Of a DNA stretch of 64,000 bases, positions 26,687 through 35,718 are shown one piece after another. Each line of letters begins with the position of its first letter. Positions within the stretch are counted from its first letter, which is position 1. Position numbers and translations under genes: made by a program. The DNA comes from Candidatus Cloacimonadales bacterium. GTDB lineage: Bacteria > Cloacimonadota > Cloacimonadia > Cloacimonadales > JAIOQZ01. The stretch is taken from assembly GCA_963662655.2 (NCBI GenBank), contig CAXXTU010000002.1, positions 352,001 through 416,000 on the forward strand, given 5' to 3'. Below the pieces are notes generated by a model, which saw only the letters and a list, made by a program, of their open reading frames with translations, made no database searches and was not told the DNA's origin.

Positions 26687-29644
26687 ATGATCGACAAGCA
26701 GCTTATCGAATTCTATACGCGTTTCAAATTCGGTGAAGACAACTTTCACAACCTCATGCATAAACGCATCCGCAGTGTCCTCCTCATTGCAAGCTATTAC
26801 GACGCCTATATCCTCGAACAGGACGGACGCTTGTCCGAGCAGATAGTGGGCGAATATCGTCAGCTCGATTTGAGCATGAGTCCGATGATAACCACCATGA
26901 TGCCGAGTGAAGATATCGACGCAGCGCTGGACGAGAACGAGTTCGACCTGGTGGTCATGATGATGAGACTGGATGCGAAAGAGGTCTTTAATATAGCCGG
27001 ACGCATCAAAGACCGGGATCCCGCATTACCGATCGTGCTTCTTCTCAACCGTGAGTCGTACAACATGGCGCTCTTCAGACGGTCGGACATCGGTCTCTTC
27101 CGGGATTTCTTCTTGTGGATGGGAGACGCTCGTCTCTTTGTCGCGATGATCAAGTCCATCGAGGACGAGAGGAATGCCGATTACGATACGGTGAACGGGA
27201 ATGTGCGGGTGATTTTGCTTGTCGAAAATTCCACCTACCAGTATTCCAATGTCCTCCCGAACCTATACGCCGAGATCATGACCCAGACGCAGCGATTGAT
27301 TCTTTACGAGAACAACGATGTGAACAAGCGGCTATTGATGCGTACGCGCCCTAAGGTCATTCTCGTCCACAATTACGACGATGCCATCGAGATGTACAAG
27401 AAGTACCGTGAATTCCTGCTGTGCGTGATGTCGAACGTCAACATGAAGCGCGGGGACAAGTTCGATCCCAAGGCTGGATTGCGTCTATTGCGCAGAATTC
27501 GTAGCGAGAACCCGAATCTGCCGTTGCTTCTGATGTCGGTCGACCGAGCCAATCTCAAGTACGCGGATCAATTGCACGCGGCGTTTCTGGATAAAAATTC
27601 GCAGCGTTTCAATATTAAGATGAGACGCTTTATTACTCATTTCCTGGGATTCGGGCCGTTCATGTTCAGGCTGGAGAACGGGCACGAAATCAGCCGGGCT
27701 TCGTCGCTGGAGGAGTTCGAAAACCAGCTTCGGACCATACCGAATGAATCGCTGTTGTTTCACTCGAGGCAGAATCACTTTTCCACGTGGCTTACTGCAC
27801 ACGGCTATTATCACGTGGCTCAGGAGATCCTTACAATCACTCCCGACGACTTCGGCAGCACGGACGAGCTTCGTTCTTATCTGGTCAATGTCTTCGACGA
27901 CATCCGCTTCAAGCGAAATCGCGGGAAGGTGATCAACTTCGACGTGGAAAGCCTCGATACCGGCGACCGGATCGTGTTGCTTTCGCAGGGGTCCCTGGGG
28001 GGAAAGGGGAGAGGTCTCGCCTTCTTGAACGCACTACTGACGACGTTGAATCTCGAAAAAGAGTATAACAAGGTCAGCATAACCATTCCCAAGACGGTTA
28101 TCGTTGGTACGGACGAGTTCGATCGGTTCGTTGAGGACAACGGCATCCACGAGACAGCCCTGAATGCGACAAGCGAGGACGTGGTGCGGATTTTCAAGAA
28201 TGGGAACCTGAGCCGGAAAATGATGGATCGCCTGGATCTGTTCCTCCGGAAAGCCGTTTATCCACTGGCGGTGCGCTCGTCCGGGCTTCTGGAAGATTCA
28301 CAGTCGCAGCCGTTTGCAGGTGTTTATGATACTTACATGCTTCCGAACAATGATCCCGATATCGGTGTTCGGTTGGAGCAATTGGCAAGCGCGATCAAGA
28401 TGGTTTATTCGTCGCCGTTCCGCAAGGATCAGCGGAACTATATCGAGAGCATCAATTACAAGCTTCAGGAAGAGAAGATGGCGGTGGTTATTCAAGAGGT
28501 CGCCGGCAAGGAGTATATCGAAGGAGTCCATTTCCCGCTGATATCGGGCGTTGCTCAATCGCATAATTTCTATCCGGTCTACACGGAGCCCGAAGACGGT
28601 GTCGCGCATATCGCTGTCGGGCTGGGAAGAATCGTGGTGGAAGGTGAGAAGACGTTCCAGTACTGCCCGGCTAAGCCAGGCATCGACGTGCTGAGAATCG
28701 AAGACATCGTCGAGAGCAGCCAGGATGAATTCTATGGGCTGGACCTTTCGCAGAAGGCATTCGACGTATGCCTGGGGGAGGATGCAACGCTTCGCCGGTT
28801 GACAATTTCCAGCAAGCTGAAGGAGAGCGTTTTTCTGCCGGTAACATCGGTGTACGATTACCAGCGCAAGCAATTCCTGGATGGTAAATACATTCAGGGA
28901 CCGCGTGTGATAACTTATCGTAATCCCATTCGATATGGGGATTTTCCGCTCTCGGGAATTATCAGCAGGATCCTTGATTTGGGAGAAGCAGCGCTAGGCG
29001 TACCGGTGGAGATCGAATTTGCCGTCGATTTACAGGGCCGGAGAGGGAAGCCGGTCTTCACGCTTCTGCAGATCCGACCGCTGTTCGTCCAGAAGGACGC
29101 GCTGGAGATCAATCTGGATCAACTGGATCGCGATCGGTTGATCGTGCTCTCCACGCAAGCGCTAGGCAACGGGAGTATCGAGGGAGTCCACGACATCGTT
29201 TACCTCGATGTGAACAAGTTCGATGTGACGCGCACTGTCGAGATGAAGGACGAGCTTGAAAAGATCAATCAACTGCTGAAGGAACAAGACCGCAACTATG
29301 TCCTGATCGGCCCAGGGCGCTGGGGATCGAGCGATCGATTTCTCGGGATCCCCATCAAATGGACGCATATCGACATGGCGAAGGTTATCATTGAAGCCGG
29401 GCTGCCGAATTTCCAGGTAGAGGCGTCGCAGGGGAGTCATTTCTTTCATAATCTTGTCGCGCTTAATATAGGCTATTTCAACGTCCCGTATCGTTCTGGA
29501 GAGAGTTTCATCGACTGGGAGAGGATTGGCCGGTGCGATGTGGAGCGGTCCTGGAATTATTTCAAGCTCATTCATAGAGAGAAGCCGTTCAGGGTCATGA
29601 TGGATGGCCGGAACCGCAGGGGAATCGTGAGTCTGGGAGAGTGA
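26687..29644 (+). CDS. Receiver-like domains fused to PEP/pyruvate-binding (PPDK_N ATP-grasp) domain
   Basis: LGGKGRGL, AVRSSGLLED..FAG.Y.T, MAVVIQE, GLG..VVEG, EIEFA..LLQIRP; two REC-like N-terminal units. Confidence 0.85.
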   Translation: MIDKQLIEFYTRFKFGEDNFHNLMHKRIRSVLLIASYYDAYILEQDGRLSEQIVGEYRQLDLSMSPMITTMMPSEDIDAALDENEFDLVVMMMRLDAKEVFNIAGRIKDRDPALPIVLLLNRESYNMALFRRSDIGLFRDFFLWMGDARLFVAMIKSIEDERNADYDTVNGNVRVILLVENSTYQYSNVLPNLYAEIMTQTQRLILYENNDVNKRLLMRTRPKVILVHNYDDAIEMYKKYREFLLCVMSNVNMKRGDKFDPKAGLRLLRRIRSENPNLPLLLMSVDRANLKYADQLHAAFLDKNSQRFNIKMRRFITHFLGFGPFMFRLENGHEISRASSLEEFENQLRTIPNESLLFHSRQNHFSTWLTAHGYYHVAQEILTITPDDFGSTDELRSYLVNVFDDIRFKRNRGKVINFDVESLDTGDRIVLLSQGSLGGKGRGLAFLNALLTTLNLEKEYNKVSITIPKTVIVGTDEFDRFVEDNGIHETALNATSEDVVRIFKNGNLSRKMMDRLDLFLRKAVYPLAVRSSGLLEDSQSQPFAGVYDTYMLPNNDPDIGVRLEQLASAIKMVYSSPFRKDQRNYIESINYKLQEEKMAVVIQEVAGKEYIEGVHFPLISGVAQSHNFYPVYTEPEDGVAHIAVGLGRIVVEGEKTFQYCPAKPGIDVLRIEDIVESSQDEFYGLDLSQKAFDVCLGEDATLRRLTISSKLKESVFLPVTSVYDYQRKQFLDGKYIQGPRVITYRNPIRYGDFPLSGIISRILDLGEAALGVPVEIEFAVDLQGRRGKPVFTLLQIRPLFVQKDALEINLDQLDRDRLIVLSTQALGNGSIEGVHDIVYLDVNKFDVTRTVEMKDELEKINQLLKEQDRNYVLIGPGRWGSSDRFLGIPIKWTHIDMAKVIIEAGLPNFQVEASQGSHFFHNLVALNIGYFNVPYRSGESFIDWERIGRCDVERSWNYFKLIHREKPFRVMMDGRNRRGIVSLGE

Positions 29645-29652
29645 GCCTTGAT

Positions 29653-29835
29653 GTTCGTTGCACCTTCGCCCAATCGCCCTCTCCGCCGTGGATATACCAC
29701 ATCCAGTTATCCACTCTCGTTGTTTCGCTTCGTGAAAGAGTTTCGTTCGAAGAAATCGTATTGACTATGCAAAGCCGAAAATTGGATGTGGAACACCACG
29801 TCTGCGAGGGCGATTGAACGAATCTGCTAACGAAC
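29653..29835 (-). repeat. Long imperfect hairpin, homologous to 62248-62373
   Basis: Stems 29653-29659/29829-29835, 29671-29681/29806-29816 and 29697-29705/29783-29791. Confidence 0.75.
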
Positions 29836-29971
29836 TCGTTGTAAAGGGTGAGTACGTGTTTGCAGCAACGCGTTATTTAATTTCATGGCTTTTTTACAAA
29901 TGTATTGACAGGAAATACCCCTAACCAATTCCTTACCTTCAAGTTGTGAATTAAATAAAAACGGAGGAAAA

Positions 29972-30250
29972 ATGCCGAATCATAAGTCATGTGAAAAACG
30001 GTTGCGTCAGGACAAGATGCGTGGAGCCCGTAACCATTACGTAAAAAATACGATACGCACACTTTCGAAAAAGATGTTGAGCGACATCAGTGTCGAAGAG
30101 AAAAAAGAACTCATGCGGGATCTGTTTTCCCAGCTTGATAAAGCTGCGAAGAGAAATATCATTCACAAGCGCACCGCATCTCGCCGCAAGTCACGTCTTG
30201 CCAACTATTTCAAAAAAGTGATGGCTGAGCAAGAGCAGAAAGCCGAGTAG
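29972..30250 (+). CDS. rpsT: 30S ribosomal protein S20
   Basis: MPNHKS..KR.RQ...DKAAKRNIIHK.TASRRKSRL; GGAGG RBS; TTGACA upstream at 29905. Confidence 0.97.
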   Translation: MPNHKSCEKRLRQDKMRGARNHYVKNTIRTLSKKMLSDISVEEKKELMRDLFSQLDKAAKRNIIHKRTASRRKSRLANYFKKVMAEQEQKAE

Positions 30251-30289
30251 TATTTCGACGGAACTAATCATCGAGATGAGATCATATAC

Positions 30290-30316
30290 AGGCAGGCGTA
30301 ACAGCCTGCCTTTTTT
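30290..30316 (+). terminator. Intrinsic terminator after rpsT
   Basis: AGGCAGGC-GTAACA-GCCTGCCT followed by Ts. Confidence 0.85.
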
Positions 30317-30469
30317 CACACATGACCATTTCCGCTTTGAAGATTAATGAAACAGTGAGATAATGGATGCGGAACTGGTCTCAAGGAACGATTTCCCGAT
30401 CGGCCATTTTCATTTGGCGGTTCTTTAATCGGGACATCGAATAAATACGATTACAGGACGAAAAATAGA

Positions 30470-31408
30470 ATGCTTGGATTTATTAAATCATTGAAGAAGC
30501 GCCTTGCCAAAACGCAAAATCAATTCATCGGCAAGATCGCCGAGACCATACGCTTACGTGGAAAAGTAGACGAAGAGTTGATGGAGGATCTGGAAGAGGT
30601 TCTCATTCAGGCGGATGTGGGCGCCGACCTCAGCATGGACATCATCGATAAGCTCAGGGAGTACGTCAGGTTGCACAAGGAGAAGGATCCAGCGGAGGTC
30701 GAGAAAGCGTTGATCCGAATCATCAGCGAGATATTGATCGAAGAATACGCGGATGAAGACGTTGAGCACCCCATAGGCTCGACCAAGCCGTACGTGATTC
30801 TCTTCACCGGCGTGAACGGCGTGGGTAAAACGACGACAATCGGCAAGCTTTCGGCGCGGTATGTCCGGGAAGGCAAGAAAGTGTTGCTGGTAGCGGGGGA
30901 CACCTTCCGCGCGGCGGCGATCGAGCAATTGGGCATCTGGGCGGACCGAGCGAAGGCGGAGATCGTCCGGAGCGAGCAGGGAGCCGATCCGTCATCGATC
31001 GTGTACGACGGTTTGATGGCCGCGAAGACGCGCGGATTCGACGTCGTACTGATCGATACCGCAGGTCGCCAGCACACCAAGGTGAACCTGATGAGCGAGT
31101 TGGGTAAAATCGACCGCACGATCAAGAAGGTGATCCCTGACGCCCCGCATGAATCAATCCTGGTGGTGGACGCCACGACGGGTCAGAACGCGATCACCCA
31201 GGCGAGGATGTTCAACCAGGCTTCGAAGCTCTCCGGCCTTGCGCTAACCAAGCTGGACGGAACGGCGAAGGGCGGAATCATCCTTGGAATCAAGCACGAG
31301 CTGGATATCCCGGTGCGCTTCATCGGAGTTGGTGAGCAGATCGACGACCTGCGCGATTTCAACGCGGAGGAGTTCTCGCAAGCGCTTTTCGGTACGATTG
31401 AAGATTAA
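30470..31408 (+). CDS. ftsY: SRP receptor FtsY
   Basis: GVNGVGKTTT, DTFRAAA, DTAGR, TKLDGTAKGG, GVGE. Confidence 0.97.
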   Translation: MLGFIKSLKKRLAKTQNQFIGKIAETIRLRGKVDEELMEDLEEVLIQADVGADLSMDIIDKLREYVRLHKEKDPAEVEKALIRIISEILIEEYADEDVEHPIGSTKPYVILFTGVNGVGKTTTIGKLSARYVREGKKVLLVAGDTFRAAAIEQLGIWADRAKAEIVRSEQGADPSSIVYDGLMAAKTRGFDVVLIDTAGRQHTKVNLMSELGKIDRTIKKVIPDAPHESILVVDATTGQNAITQARMFNQASKLSGLALTKLDGTAKGGIILGIKHELDIPVRFIGVGEQIDDLRDFNAEEFSQALFGTIED

Positions 31409-31475
31409 GCTTTACAAAGACGACGAATAGCGTAAAATTCATCATACACTTTCAGTGGAATAACGAGCGAGGTGG

Positions 31476-32960
31476 ATGATGAAAAGGATGATCACGCTTT
31501 TAATGGCTCTTTATCTCGTAACGTTGTGCGGACAAAGCGACTACGAGAAATGGGCGCAGCAGCAGTCTCAGGAAATGCAGCGCTACATGAGCGAGCAGGA
31601 CGCTGCATTTACCGATTTCCTGGAAAAGGAATGGACGGCATTTCAGGCATCGACGGGCAAGAAGCGGTTCGAGCAGCCCAAGCCCGTAACGCCTCCTGAG
31701 GTCGAACCTGCGCCTGAACCGGATTTCCCGGATGAAATCGCTATCGACTCGATTCCACTCCCGCAGCCGGATAAAGAAATCAAACCTCTGATCGTCGCTC
31801 CGGTGCAGGATGCGTCGGGCAACGTCCGGATGCGTTCTTTCCTTGATCGGGAGGATGTTCCCGAGATCGAGGAACAGGCCGTGACCATCGATTTCTACGG
31901 CATCTCCACAGCGGTACGGATCGACAAGGACAAACTCGCCTCTGCTGTACATTCAGCCGGAAAGGATGCCATTGCAGGCTTCTGGAAGGATTCGGCCGCC
32001 GGCATCGACGGAACCCCGTTGGAGGATGCTCAGGCTATCCGAAGCTCACTCGAGCTGAACGACTGGGCGTACATCCTGTACCTGAAGAGCCTCGGTAACA
32101 AGCTGTACCCCGATTCTCCCAACAGCGTTGCGCTGCTGACCTGGATGTTTCTGATCAAATCCGGTTATAAAATAAAGATCGGCTACGACGGCGATAGCGT
32201 CTTTCTCATGATCCCCTGCGATCAATCGTTGTATGGATTGTCCTACATCGAGATGGACGGATTTACCTACTACGCGGTAACTTTCACCGCGCACGAGCCC
32301 GAAGAAATCTACACCTATCAGGGGGAGTATCCGGCCGCGGAGCGATTGATCGACCTGAGGCTTGAGCGCGCGCCTGAGTTTACCGACACCGTTGGACAAA
32401 GAGAGCTCCGTTTCAACTGCGACGGCAGGGAGATCGCAATTCCCGTCGCTTACAACGAATCCGCAATCGCTTTTTATCGCGACTACCCGGCAACCGACCT
32501 CGCGGTTTACTTCGACACGCCACTCACCGTGGAATCGGAGCAATCGATCGTAAGCAAGCTGAAACCGCTTCTGGAAGGAAAGAGCGAAGGTGAAGCGCTC
32601 AATCTGCTCTTACATTTCGTGCAGACCGCTTTCGCCTACAAGACGGATCAGGACCAGTTCGGTATCGAAAAGAGCTTTTTCCCGGATGAAGCCTTCCACT
32701 ACCCCTATTGCGATTGCGAAGATCGCTCCGTGCTGTTCGCGCGCCTGGTGCGGAATCTCCTGGGGAGGAAGGTGATCGGATTGAACTACCCGGGGCATAT
32801 CGCCACGGCCGTACGGCTGGAGAGCGAGATCCCCGGAGACTCTATTGACTACATGGGCGAGCGTTACCTCGTGTGCGATCCCACCTACATCAACGCGAAT
32901 ATCGGCTCTGCCATGCCGGAATTCAGGGATGTCCAGCCCAAGGTGATCGCACTGAACTAA
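31476..32960 (+). CDS. Secreted protein with transglutaminase-like Cys-His-Asp domain
   Basis: Signal peptide; DCEDRSVLF, YPGHIATAV, CDPT. Confidence 0.7.
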   Translation: MMKRMITLLMALYLVTLCGQSDYEKWAQQQSQEMQRYMSEQDAAFTDFLEKEWTAFQASTGKKRFEQPKPVTPPEVEPAPEPDFPDEIAIDSIPLPQPDKEIKPLIVAPVQDASGNVRMRSFLDREDVPEIEEQAVTIDFYGISTAVRIDKDKLASAVHSAGKDAIAGFWKDSAAGIDGTPLEDAQAIRSSLELNDWAYILYLKSLGNKLYPDSPNSVALLTWMFLIKSGYKIKIGYDGDSVFLMIPCDQSLYGLSYIEMDGFTYYAVTFTAHEPEEIYTYQGEYPAAERLIDLRLERAPEFTDTVGQRELRFNCDGREIAIPVAYNESAIAFYRDYPATDLAVYFDTPLTVESEQSIVSKLKPLLEGKSEGEALNLLLHFVQTAFAYKTDQDQFGIEKSFFPDEAFHYPYCDCEDRSVLFARLVRNLLGRKVIGLNYPGHIATAVRLESEIPGDSIDYMGERYLVCDPTYINANIGSAMPEFRDVQPKVIALN

Positions 32961-32991
32961 ACTTTTGCATCCCGAAAAGAATGGAGGAACG

Positions 32992-35718
32992 TTGAACACC
33001 ATCCGGCTCGATTTCCACACCGATCCGATCTCCCGCGCGATCGACGACAATTTCAATACCCGAACGATTATCGCCTTCACGCACCGAAACAACCTCGTTC
33101 GAGCGCAAAAGATCGTTCAGGAGCGGGATCCATTCGGTCTGCTGAGACTGACCACCCTCGATAAGCTCATGGACGAATGCGAAGTGAGCGACACACCAGT
33201 TTTACGCCCGGAGCTCAGGCCGTTCTACCTTTACAACGCACTCACACAGGCTGACAAGGATGATCTGAGGATTTCGTCGTTCCGCTCCGCTCAACCTTTC
33301 ATCAAGAGATTCTTCACCCTCATGGGGGAGTGGAAGGAGGCGCAGCTTTCACTGGATATCGACTGGGAATTGCTCTATGAAAGCTGGTTCTCCGACGATA
33401 CGGAGTTCTGGCAGAAAGCGCTGTGGGAGCGTGTGCGGTCGATCAGAGACGGTTACCGAGAATTGCTTGCAGAACATCAGCTTACGGACAGGTTTTTTGT
33501 GGTCGGATATCGCAAACCAAATGACTTGCATCAGTACGATAAGGTTGTCGTCGTCAATCCCCTGCACATCTCGCGGCGGCAGCGCAGAATCCTCGATGAG
33601 CTTTTTCCCGATGTTACGATCCTGCGCAAGGCGAGTAAAAGCTGGATGAGGGACGGGGATATCGACTGGAGCAAGGTCGCTTTCGAATCGATCGGCGAAG
33701 AGTTGTCCGTGGAAGTGGAAGTAATGGAGCGCAAGGACGAGGTTTCCCTCCAGCTTGCGCTTGCGGACAAGCTGAACCGCGAAAAATTCCTGATCATCGA
33801 CAACAGGATCGACGATACGGCGTTCTACAGGTTTTTCAAGCCTGGAATACTCCAGATGGAGACGGCCAGCCCTGTCGCGCTGGATCCGCATTGCCGCTAC
33901 CTTGCCAATGTGGTGGACATCCTTTCGTCGCTTGTATGGCGGAACGATGATCCGGTACCGCTTTTCCCCGCGCATCTGCTTGTCCAGGCGTTGGAGTGCG
34001 ATCCAGCCGTAATCGAGGCGGATGTGCGAGATGGGTTGATCGAGCGTATTAAGAACGAGTCCCTGCAAGCGATTCCGCTGGATTTCAGCATCCTGCAGGA
34101 GCCATTGACAAGCAGTTTCCTGATAAGGCTTTACAACGATCTCGCAGCCGTCCGTAATCTGAGGACAGCGAAAGATCTCTACCAGTACATTCTCGCGTTT
34201 GCCTCGACCAGATCCGGCAGGATCGGGGAGAGGACGCTGCGGATATTTCTGGAGACCGCCGGGATTTTCAAGGCAATCGACAGGCAGGCCGATTTCAAGG
34301 GCGAAATGCTGCTGGACGGATTCCTGCAAATGCTTGAATCGAAGTCGATTCACGAGTACCGCGAGGGAGGGCAGGCTCGACTCCTCAAGCTCCCGGACGC
34401 AGACAACATACAGGCCTGGAGGCAGATCGTTTTCATGCAGATACAGGAGGGCGTCCTACCCTCGAACAAGCCGCCGGATTTCCTTTTCACGGACGCGCAA
34501 CGAGTGCGCCTGGGGCTGACGACAAGCGAAGATGCGCGCCTGCAGGACCTGTATCGGTTCATCTGCTTGTGCGCGGGAGCCCGGCGTATTGTTCTGGCCT
34601 ACCGAAACGACCTCGACGCCAATTTGCATTGCAGCAGCTTCGCGGAATCGCTAATGCTGTGGAAAGGCTCGAAGCTCGTCGGCAATACCGGGCAATACGA
34701 ATTCTCCGGTGACTACGGCGGATACGCGCAAGCGCTCTATGGTGTTCAACCCCGGAAGAAGCAGACGACGGGCACTCTCTCGATTCCACTCGAATCGATT
34801 CTGGAGGGTAATCCCCTACCGCTCTCATTTTCCGGCCTCCAAACGTTGAAAGACGATCCCGCGGCGTTTTGTCTGCGGCACCTGATGCGGCTCGAACCTC
34901 TGGAGATTTCCAGTGATAACAGCTTGGGAAATCTGAATTTCGGAAATTTGGTTCACGAGGTGATCCAGAGCCTCTTCAGGGCCTTCGACAGACAGATCGA
35001 GCAATCGCCCCAAACAGACCCCGCACTGGACGAGTTGCATCTGAACGCGGAGATCGACCGGCGGTTCGACTGGATCATGTGGGACAAGAAGCAATTTTAC
35101 TACAAGATACCGTGTGGATACAGTCGCACGTACTTCAACGAAATTCTGCTGCCTTACCTCCGTGCCTCGATCGTGGATTTCGTCGTGCAATTCCTCGGCG
35201 TTATGGGCGTTGCAACCATGCGGAATTTGAGATTTTTTACGGAACGGAAGGCCCCACTCGATGGGCGATTCCACAACCCGGAGCTTATGCTGAACATCGC
35301 GGATGATGTGACGGGTGAGGATAAATCGCTCGCGCTGCGACTCAACGGACGGGCCGATCTTGTGGCGCACAGCAAGACAAACGACCACTTCTGGATCGTT
35401 GATTTCAAGACGACAAAGAGTGACTCGAGTAAATATGGAAGTGGCTTGTCGTCTTATCAAACCAGCTTTTACACGAGGCTGTTCTTTCTGGAAAAGGATT
35501 CCGGCGTTCTATTCGACAACGTCCGCTCCATGTTTTACTTCGTGATGGACAGCACGTTGAAGGACTTTCCCGAAGCTTCCTGGGATGGACTCTCGGAGAT
35601 CATCGAGAACATTGTGAGGCCCGTCGTGATAAACGGTTGCTTCACACAGGCGGGTAAGAAAACCAGAGCGAATGAGGCCTACCTTGGTCTGTACGGTGAA
35701 ACGGAGAAGACAAAATGA
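32992..35718 (+). CDS. addB: AddB/RexB-like PD-(D/E)xK nuclease subunit
   Basis: QEGVLP, LSFSGL, GNLVHEVI, GRADL, IVDFKT; TTG start after GGAGGA; overlaps the helicase gene. Confidence 0.75.
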   Translation: MNTIRLDFHTDPISRAIDDNFNTRTIIAFTHRNNLVRAQKIVQERDPFGLLRLTTLDKLMDECEVSDTPVLRPELRPFYLYNALTQADKDDLRISSFRSAQPFIKRFFTLMGEWKEAQLSLDIDWELLYESWFSDDTEFWQKALWERVRSIRDGYRELLAEHQLTDRFFVVGYRKPNDLHQYDKVVVVNPLHISRRQRRILDELFPDVTILRKASKSWMRDGDIDWSKVAFESIGEELSVEVEVMERKDEVSLQLALADKLNREKFLIIDNRIDDTAFYRFFKPGILQMETASPVALDPHCRYLANVVDILSSLVWRNDDPVPLFPAHLLVQALECDPAVIEADVRDGLIERIKNESLQAIPLDFSILQEPLTSSFLIRLYNDLAAVRNLRTAKDLYQYILAFASTRSGRIGERTLRIFLETAGIFKAIDRQADFKGEMLLDGFLQMLESKSIHEYREGGQARLLKLPDADNIQAWRQIVFMQIQEGVLPSNKPPDFLFTDAQRVRLGLTTSEDARLQDLYRFICLCAGARRIVLAYRNDLDANLHCSSFAESLMLWKGSKLVGNTGQYEFSGDYGGYAQALYGVQPRKKQTTGTLSIPLESILEGNPLPLSFSGLQTLKDDPAAFCLRHLMRLEPLEISSDNSLGNLNFGNLVHEVIQSLFRAFDRQIEQSPQTDPALDELHLNAEIDRRFDWIMWDKKQFYYKIPCGYSRTYFNEILLPYLRASIVDFVVQFLGVMGVATMRNLRFFTERKAPLDGRFHNPELMLNIADDVTGEDKSLALRLNGRADLVAHSKTNDHFWIVDFKTTKSDSSKYGSGLSSYQTSFYTRLFFLEKDSGVLFDNVRSMFYFVMDSTLKDFPEASWDGLSEIIENIVRPVVINGCFTQAGKKTRANEAYLGLYGETEKTK

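Noticed and set aside
29653..29835. 6S RNA or integron attC call
   Set aside because: No two-sided central bubble, a homolog exists at 62 kb, and the AAC/GTT boxes are in the wrong order for attC; kept only as an unnamed hairpin family.
30324..30439. Two hairpins before ftsY considered as SRP RNA
   Set aside because: No domain IV CAGG...GGAA...AGCA motif; just two ~12-bp imperfect stems.
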